Below, one piece after another: positions 55,317 through 64,000 of a DNA stretch of 64,000 nucleotides. The translations under genes were made by a program, and so were the position numbers. Numbering within the stretch: the stretch's first letter is position 1; each line of letters opens with the position of its first letter. The DNA lies in assembly GCF_001194135.2 (NCBI RefSeq), contig NC_068995.1, positions 17,275,537 through 17,339,536 of the forward strand, given 5' to 3'. The DNA is from Octopus bimaculoides. Lineage: Eukaryota. The notes beneath the pieces are model-generated. The model had not been told where the DNA came from. It searched no databases and was given only the letters and a program-made list of their open reading frames with translations.

Positions 55317-55550
55317 GGCGGTGAGCTGGCAGAAATGTTAAGCACGCCGGGCTAAATGCTTAACGGTATTTCGTCTGCCGTTACGTTCTGGGTTCAATTT
55401 CCACCGAGGTCGACTTTATCTTTCATCCTTTCGGGGTTGATTAAATAAGTACCAGTGACGCAATGGGGTCGATATAATCGACTTAATCTTTTTGTCTGTC
55501 CTTGTTTGTCCCATCAATGTTTAGCCCTCCTGTGGGTAATAAAGAAATAA
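55317..55550 (+). mobile_element. SINE family A, full length, alternative 3' tail
   Basis: ggcggtgagctggcagaaatgttaagcacgccgggc...gggttcaatttcc accgaggtcgactttatctttcatcctttcggggttgattaaataagtaccagt, followed by a tail unlike that of the other copies. Confidence 0.9.
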
Positions 55551-55889
55551 ATATACTATTATAAAATTACTTACATTTGCAAGAAGCACATTTGAGCGGT
55601 GTTGTCCATATAACCAACGGTTACCTTGTGCAGATTACTAGCGTTGTTTGGAACGTTTAGAATGTTTGGAATGAATAAGTTACATAATTAATGAAATAAT
55701 TTGTATCCATTGGATCTCTCCGTTTACAAACTTAATAATAATATTTTATATTTTATGATATTTTATAAAATATATTCATTGAAGAAATATCTCTTCAAAA
55801 TACAATATATTAAACCAGTGTATCTTGGATAAAAAGAGCTCTAAATACCCTCATAGTGATTATACACACACACATATACACACACACAA

Positions 55890-55925
<36 letters not shown>

Positions 55926-56103
55926 TACCATGTGTGTTTCCCGATCTGTCACTGCGATTATATAGGTAAGTGCATTATCCTTGAGGCAAGGTAATAATTT
56001 TCAAATGTTATGTTTGGAGATTTCGGCTAGAATAAAAGAATGAAGTAGAAAAGTATATGAATATAACAAATTGTAGCACACCAGCCTGTTGTATATATGT
56101 TTG

Positions 56104-56137
<34 letters not shown>

Positions 56138-56674
56138 TGTATGTATGTATGTACGTACGTACGTACGTACGTATGTATGTATGTATGTATGTATGTAAGC
56201 ATATATGCATGCGTATATGAATGTGTGTAATTATGTAGAAAGCCGGTGTGTCAACAAATGCTCAACGGTTTCAAATTATGTAGTCTTATTTCAAACGTTT
56301 CTGTAACATTTCAGTAATATACCTCACTGAAACAAGTACAAGGTTAATATATGTACACACACACACACATACACACACAGACACACATACACGCACGCAC
56401 ACACACACACACACACACACTCACACACACATATATATATACGATANNNNNNNNNNACTAAGACCATTAACAGTTAAAGCCCAGCATGACAACAGACCAA
56501 TGAGTGGCACTAATAATAAATTCATATCGGACAAAGGCGAGAATTGAACCTAGAAATTTGTAGGTTGAGTATATATTTTGCAATGTTATACTTTTTCTGC
56601 AAATATATGACTGTATTCTCGGTCTGTTAGCTTGTTATATATTTTTGGTATATTCACACACACGCACACGCGCG

Positions 56675-56715
<41 letters not shown>

Positions 56716-57099
56716 ACATACACACACATGCGCACGCACACACACATACGCACGCATATACATATATATATTTATGCGTTCTTTTATTTTAGCTATTTTA
56801 GAAAGTTTTCTAGCCAAAATAACTAAACATAACATTTCAAAATTATTACATCGCCTCTGGGACGATGCACTTACATACATAATCAAACAAGCAGAGAACC
56901 AGATAGATATACACACATATGGAGTGTATATATACATATACATATATCTACATGTCTATCTATGTACGTATGTTTAATATTTTCGCACGTGATGTGATAT
57001 ACATATAAATATATACACAAAACTAGATAGATAGATAGATAGATACTCACAGAGACAAATTCACACGCAAAATATGTATATNNNNNNNNNNTATACATA

Positions 57100-57130
<31 letters not shown>

Positions 57131-58659
57131 ATACAAATATGCATATATTTATATATAAACATACATATATATATATATATATATATACAGATATACATAC
57201 ACACACGTACGCACGCACACACCCATGCGCAGACGCTCACACTCACACACACAAACACGCACACACGCACACACAAAGACACACACACACACACACAATA
57301 CACTTATGGAGATTTAGATAGAAAGTGAGAGTACTGGCAATTTTTTTTCTTTTTTGGTTTTGAAATCACAAAAGGTTTTCTTGGCGACTTTCATGTTTCT
57401 TCCAAAATAGCAATATGTTCATCCAAGATGAAAGCTGCTATTGTATCGGTACCTCTCAAAGGACTTAAGCAGATTTATCACGCCAAGTATGTGTCAAAAA
57501 CTCGTGGTATTGTTTCAAAAACACAATAATGCAGTAGGGCGAATTTCAAACTCTTTTTCTGTAGGAAATTAAATAAGTACTTTTTGGTCGGTGATGAAAG
57601 CTGACGCCCAAGATATTGCTAGAGTTTTACATTTCTGTCTTAGAAACCTCACATTTGTATTATATATAAAGTTTGGCTAACTTCAAATGAAAATCTTTAG
57701 GAAAATGACAGCCTTATTTACAATATGCCCACTTCAGTTTGTGAATGTATCTGAAATACAGTGTATGTTTGAAATATTTTCATGGTAGTTTTCATATAGT
57801 TAATGCTTAACTAAAATCTATTTGTGAAAATTTCTTATAGGATACATTGACCTCAGCATATATCGGGAAAGCCCATTTGCGAGTCACCCAAGTAGTTGCA
57901 ACATTTTCACTCAGTCGATTAGATACAGCACTTAACCTTCTCTCAAATCATGTTCTTCAGTCTTAAGAAGGGATGATAGAATTCATATTGCAAAATGAAA
58001 ATACAAAATCTAGTGACATTTCCAGAAAAAAATTTGCTTCTAGATCTGCTCCTGACTAGTCACTTATATCCTAAGTCGATGAATCAGACAGCATCTGAGA
58101 TGGTTAGTTATCGCCACAGCTTTTTTTTACATCATTTTGTGCAAGTTCTGGAACAAGTCACTTTTTTTCTTAGTGCTCGAGTTCCCCTCTACGTATTGCA
58201 CGTAATTATCTCTAACAACACAACACTACAAGAGGAGAAGAAATTGAACAGTTGGGGGAACATTTCATAAAAGAAAATGACTTAAGTATTCAGTTGGTTT
58301 ATTGTTGTTCCATGTGATTCGCTTGGAAGTCTAGGATTTGGCCTCAGGAGAGTTCTACTTGTTCTTCGATTGGGGTTGTATGTTCTCCTGTTTCGTATTA
58401 TATCCGCATATGATCCGAAATATATGTTTTTTAGAGGACTGGGGTGTCTTTGTCTATTTTCTGGTAAAATTTCTTTTCTTTTCGTGTTGTTTTGAGTTCT
58501 GAAGTTTGTCATAGTAGATCGGTCTTTAGGTTTTGTCAGGTTTTTGTCATAGGTGCTTTCGTATTATTCTAGCCAGAATTTTTATGGTTCCAAGATCTCC
58601 TAAGACTTCGTCTCCTATCTGTTAGAGTCGGTTTCCCACATGTCTAGAAACATTTTTTA

Positions 58660-58718
<59 letters not shown>

Positions 58719-59089
58719 GCACACACACACACACATATATACATATATATGCGCACATATTTGAATGAACATATCCGTTGATGCATACGTATGAGCGCGT
58801 GTATGTATTTATGTATGCATGTCACTTTAGAATATTTTATTCGTCCTTAAATATACTGTACAACTCAGTTCATCCCATCCCTTCATAGTATGTAAATATG
58901 CTTTTTAACATTCTGCTTAAATCTTTTTTTTATATCCTTTCTTTCTCATCTTGGACTTATCTGTCTTTTGTTTCTAATCCTACTGAATATTTCACATTTT
59001 TTGTATCTTTCCGAGGCTTTGTAGCAAATAAAGGAAATATATCATCGTCATAATTATCAACAACAACAACGACAACAGCGATAATAATG

Positions 59090-59166
<77 letters not shown>

Positions 59167-59167
<1 letters not shown>

Positions 59168-60187
59168 TTAAATCAATCTACCTAACAAATACGAAGAAGA
59201 AGAAGAAGAAACAACAAAAGCTATAAAACAAATGAAATCCAAACTAAAACTAGAACAGCAACGGACCATGATAAAACGATGGCAAGAAAAGCCCCTACAT
59301 GGTAAATACTGGGCTAAACTAAATGCGAAAGAAATAGACAGAGAAAAATCCCAGCAATGGCTGAGAAGCTCAGGACTCAAAGCAGAGACTGAAGGATTTT
59401 NNNNNNNNNNNNNNNNNNNNNNNNNNNNNNNNNNNNNNNNNNNNNNNNNNNNNNNNNNNNNNNNNNNNNNNNNNNNNNNNNNNNNNNNNNNNNNNNNNNN
59501 NNNNNNNNNNNNNNNNNNNNNNNNNNNNNNNNNNNNNNNNNNNNNNNNNNNNNNNNNNNNNNNNNNNNNNNNNNNNNNNNNNNNNNNNNNNNNNNNNNNN
59601 NNNNNNNNNNNNNNNNNNNNNNNNNNNNNNNNNNNNNNNNNNNNNNNNNNNNNNNNNNNNNNNNNNNNNNNNNNNNNNNNNNNNNNNNNNNNNNNNNNNN
59701 NNNNNNNNNNNNNNNNNNNNNNNNNNNNNNNNNNNNNNNNNNNNNNNNNNNNNNNNNNNNNNNNNNNNNNNNNNNNNNNNNNNNNNNNNNNNNNNNNNNN
59801 NNNNNNNNNNNNNNNNNNNNNNNNNNNNNNNNNNNNNNNNNNNNNNNNNNNNNNNNNNNNNNNNNNNNNNNNNNNNNNNNNNNNNNNNNNNNNNNNNNNN
59901 NNNNNNNNNNNNNNNNNNGAATCTAAAAACAGAAACAATTCCTATCATAGTAGGTGCCTTAGGTATAATAAAAAAATATTCAGACAAATACATAACAAAA
60001 ACACCAGGACTTACAAATATATATAACATACAGAAAATTGCACTACTGGGTACTGCACACATTCTACGCAAAACACTTTCAATACAGTAAACATAAGAGC
60101 ACCACAGCAAACCACAGCACATACCCAAGGCGCACAGAGCTGCGCTCGGTAGTGAAGTGAAAGCACGTTATAAAAATAAAACTACTG
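59167..60187 (+). mobile_element. R4/Dong-clade LINE 3' portion, apparently young (gap in middle), within (AAT)n
   Basis: KRWQEKPLHGKYWAKL...QQWLRSSGLKAETEGF[gap]NLKTETIPIIVGALGIIKK...IQKIALLGTAHILRKTLSIQ* (stop at 60088-60090). No stops occur in the visible coding parts. (AAT)n lies at both ends. Confidence 0.92.
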
Positions 60188-60214
60188 AATAATAATAATA
60201 ATAATAATAATTAG

Positions 60215-60430
60215 ACGTGTGGGTTGGCAGAATCGTTAGCACGCCGGGAAAAATGCTTAGCGGCATTTCGTTCGTCCTTGCATTGAGTTCAAATTCCGTC
60301 GGTACTTATTTCATTGACCCCGAAAAGATGGAAGGGTTCGATGAAATAAGTATCAGTTATGCACTGGGATCGATGTAATTGACTTATGCCCCCACCCAAA
60401 TTCCAGGTGCCCATAGTAGAAAGGATTAAT
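60215..60430 (+). mobile_element. SINE family A with internal inversion
   Basis: Normal head and tail. The segment 60301-60334 is the reverse complement of the central block. Confidence 0.85.
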
Positions 60431-60440
60431 TTCTTGTGTC

Positions 60441-60483
<43 letters not shown>

Positions 60484-60981
60484 AGCAGTGCATGCTATCA
60501 AAGTGCCACTAGGATAGCGCGTTCTGCCTCATCTTCGAAACGCCTAGTTTAGAGTAGAGGCAGCTGATGAAGGAAAAATTCCATAAGTGGCTTGTCTCTT
60601 TTCTTATGTTTTCATTCTGTTGTCTGTAAACAAAGTCCGTTTTTGTGCTTTTTGTTCCCCATTTATTTTTCTGACGTCCTGTACCCGGATATGCATCTAT
60701 ATATACATGTAGATGTAGGTATGTACATATATGTATGTATACATGCATATGCTCATATACCATTTATTATTATATATATTGGAAGCCTAGTATGCCCATC
60801 ATGACAACACGTCTGATAAGGGTACATCAGGCACATGCATCACAACCATATGTGCGTGACATGGTGATCTCATATCAAGATAAACAGCGCATGACCTTGC
60901 AGTTAGAATTTTCTTCACGTTGAGTAGCCTATATCCCTTAAATGGTCCCTGAATACGTTGTTTAAGATGAACGAAACACCG

Positions 60982-61034
<53 letters not shown>

Positions 61035-61279
61035 CATTATTATTATTATGGAATAATTACTGTGAAGCATTGTGTAGAATATATTGTATGAACGGTCACG
61101 GGTAAGGCCAAACCAATGAGAAGTAAATGCAAGGTAAATCACAAGAAAACAAATATGTAAATTCATGTAGACTTAGCTTGTATTTAATATTTCGGGGTTT
61201 AAAAATGGGGTCATAACCCCGAAATATTGAATTAATTCACCATTTTCACATTAATTCAATTATTACATTAATTTACATT

Positions 61280-61314
61280 TTTATTATTATTGTTGTTGTT
61301 GGTTGTGGTGGTAC

Positions 61315-61364
<50 letters not shown>

Positions 61365-61530
61365 ATAGTAATAATGGTGGTGGTGGTGGTCGTCGTGATG
61401 GTGATGGTGGTAGTAGTAGCAGTAGCAACAACAGCATTAATAGTCGTGGTAATGTTAGCAGGAGTATCAGCATTACCAGTAGAATTAGAAGGTGTTGTAG
61501 TTGAAGTAGAAGCAGTAGTAGCAGATATTG
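61280..61530. repeat. Degenerate (TAG)/(TGG) trinucleotide region
   Basis: Direct reading. It explains the poly-Thr and poly-Val pseudo-ORFs. Confidence 0.9.
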
Positions 61531-63573
61531 TTGTTGTTTTCAGGGTTGCACGTAGGAGTAAAGCTGAAAGAAAGCGAATGCACGTCACGGAGAAATCCGA
61601 AGCGAGAGAATCCATAGAAACTCTCCAAACGTTTTAAATAGAATAACGATGAAAATAGTTTTTCTCTTCTGTATCCATGGCTTGGAACATTATAGTCAAT
61701 GCTAATTCCATCAGATATATTCCATTTGTTTGCCATTTAGTAAACATCCGAAAGCTTTTTCTCAATATTCACTTGATCTCTTACAAATGTAAATGGCGAT
61801 GCTGTTGTTTGGCTTTTGAGATTAGCCAAGGCTATAACCCAGCTGCGCTTGGACGAGGAAATCTGCCTACCGGAATGGAGCATTTTTTTCTTCTCATTCT
61901 CATCTAATTTAAGAGAAACCTACTGAACTGTAGGCAAATGATTATAATAAAAGTTGCCGAATGATCCAAAAGAACTAAATTAGACTGACGGATCTATCAG
62001 TTGAAAATTATGAGAACCCACGAGGAAGGAATTATTCTAAATAATAGATTCGGAGTTATCGCTGATAGCGAACTTCGCCTAAAAATGGATACCGTCCGCC
62101 AATTTAAGTGGACGGTGGATAGTGGGAAGTTCACAAGACCAAACATCATTCGAGTTGCTGCTTCCTGTGCCATATTATTTGCCGTTCATTGCACATGCTA
62201 GAACTAACACCGAGCTAATGACGACATCTGCCCTACTGTTTACTTCTCCGTACGGCAAGTAAGCCAGATTACATTCCCCTATTCTCACTTTACGTCTGAA
62301 TGATTGCGATGTCCATTTTTATCGAACTTCACTTAGCGCTAGTATATATCTTATTCTGTGATGACTGTTTAGTTCGCTTTCATTCTTCTCTCCATCACTG
62401 ATTCATCTAATATTTTCCTATCTGTCCAAATGCTCTATGTAGCTTTGCTTGTTATCATATTTCCACTAAACGAAGATCAGTGTTCCGTTTCAATTCATTT
62501 GGAAGCCATTGAAACTAGCATATCAGCATTATTAGTGTTGTCTATTGCTACTTCGCTGTTCTTATCAAAGTAGGAATGTATTGTAAGCTAGACAAGTAAA
62601 AATCATTTTCAGTAAATTTTTATTACTGGATCACTAACGTAATGGTCCCTAATGAATGTTTTCGTAACACCACAGCTTAAAGAATAAAAAAAAAAAAAAT
62701 ATGTCTGGAATAAAAGACTTTTTGTGCTTTAATTCCTATCAGCTACTTCATATAAGAGAAATAAACAAAGACTGCGCGAAACCAGATTCCGAAACAATGA
62801 AAAAGTTATATCATTGTTCGCTGGATTGGCGAATAGATTCTTTCAACAGGATTACTGTTATCAAAAATAACATCCTTCTGTACATTTTGTATTTTAAAAA
62901 TGTCCATTATGCTCATTTTCCTGAGATTATAGGTTGCATAATAATGAATTACGCAATAGAGGTGTTGATTCTGAAGTTTGTGAGACTGCTGATCGAATTG
63001 CTCACAGCTCAATTATACAGCGATCATTGTAAGGAACCTCTGGACAAAAGAGTTAAATGTTGAATGGCTCAGTTTATTTAGAGGGAAGTTTGCATGCTAC
63101 GATTAATACCTCAGAAAGAGAAACAGTGGAGGCGTGCCGAAGTACAACTGATGAATGCTCTTTTATTTCACAGCGAGCTGGTTGCTGTGTGCCGAAGTAC
63201 ATGCGCAAATAGTGCATGCATGCATGTATGTATGAATGTATTTATGTATGCCTGTATGTATTTATATGTGTAGGTACCTACGCATATATGTATGCGTGTA
63301 AGGATGCGTGAGTGCATTAAATACGTGTGAATATATGCCTGTACTGTTGTATTGTTTGACGACGTCTTTATATATATATATATATATATATNNNNNNNNN
63401 NNNNNNNNNNNNNNNNNNNNNNNNNNNNNNNNNNNNNNNNNNNNNNNNNNNNNNNNNNNNNNNNNNNNNNNNNNNNNNNNNNNNNNNNNNNNNNNNNNNN
63501 NNNNNNNNNNNNNNNNNNNNNNNNNNNNNNNNNNNNNNNNNNNNNNNNNNNNNNNNNNNNNNNNNNNNNNNNN

Positions 63574-63631
<58 letters not shown>

Positions 63632-63749
63632 TGTGTGCGTGTGCGTGTGTGTGTGCATGATTGGCATGCTCACACATATAAATAGCCGACTTATTTTTGA
63701 TTAGTACGCATCCATTATGGGTTGATTATAATGTTAAGAAATGTTTCTG

Positions 63750-63955
63750 ATTAGGTCTGGAGAAAGATGCGCAGCCTCCACCCTTTGCAGCATAGACTGA
63801 GATTGTTACTATTCCCCTTAAACACTCGCAAATGAGCACCTCCCAGAATTACAGGTTCTAATTTGGAGAAGTAGAGGACCGATGTTTTGGTTAAGAAGGG
63901 CATGTGATGAGGTACTTTGGTTGAGCGTGCTCGATTAACACGACCAGCGTGCTCC
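63750..63955 (-). mobile_element. Probable degraded RTE LINE C-terminal fragment
   Basis: The minus ORF HAGRVNR...LYFSKLEPVILGGAHLRVFK resembles the RTE pattern WAGHV.R...LY.EL..G.R..GG..LR.KD. A SINE-A tail begins at about 63960. Confidence 0.4.
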
Positions 63956-64000
63956 AAAAAGCAACAAGGCCACCGATTTCGAGGGAGGGGCTAAATGTAT

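Noticed and set aside
58282-58512. 76-aa minus-strand ORF
   Set aside because: It is low-complexity, Arg/Asn/Pro-rich and has no recognisable motif. It may be a repeat fragment but cannot be assigned.
60557-60598. gaggcag-CTGATGA-A-ggaa-aaa-ttcc-ataagtggc-ttgtctc as a third hammerhead
   Set aside because: The first core box, a stem II and a wobble stem I are present, but the essential GAAA and NUH are absent. Revisit only if a family consensus restores them.

Overview
This is AT-rich eukaryotic DNA dense in microsatellites, with many N-gaps flanked by (TA)n/(CA)n. The repeat content (tRNA-derived SINE families, R4/Dong-type and RTE-type LINE relics, a maT-type Tc1/mariner element) suggests an octopus/coleoid cephalopod genome; this is an inference and was not checked against any database. 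I could not recognise any cellular protein-coding gene. Almost all ORFs in the supplied track are microsatellite or N-run artefacts, and the protein-like ones are transposon relics. Main points of interest: (1) two copies of a composite element made of a tRNA-like Pol III head, an (AAT)n spacer and a tail carrying a minimal type-I hammerhead ribozyme of the kind found in Penelope-like elements, with one copy carrying an inverted duplicate of its own tail; (2) a second, unrelated hammerhead motif at 49.7 kb; (3) four divergent R4/Dong-like retrotransposon fragments, each embedded in (AAT)n with the same strand polarity; (4) several short perfect hairpins and one SINE with an internal inversion.
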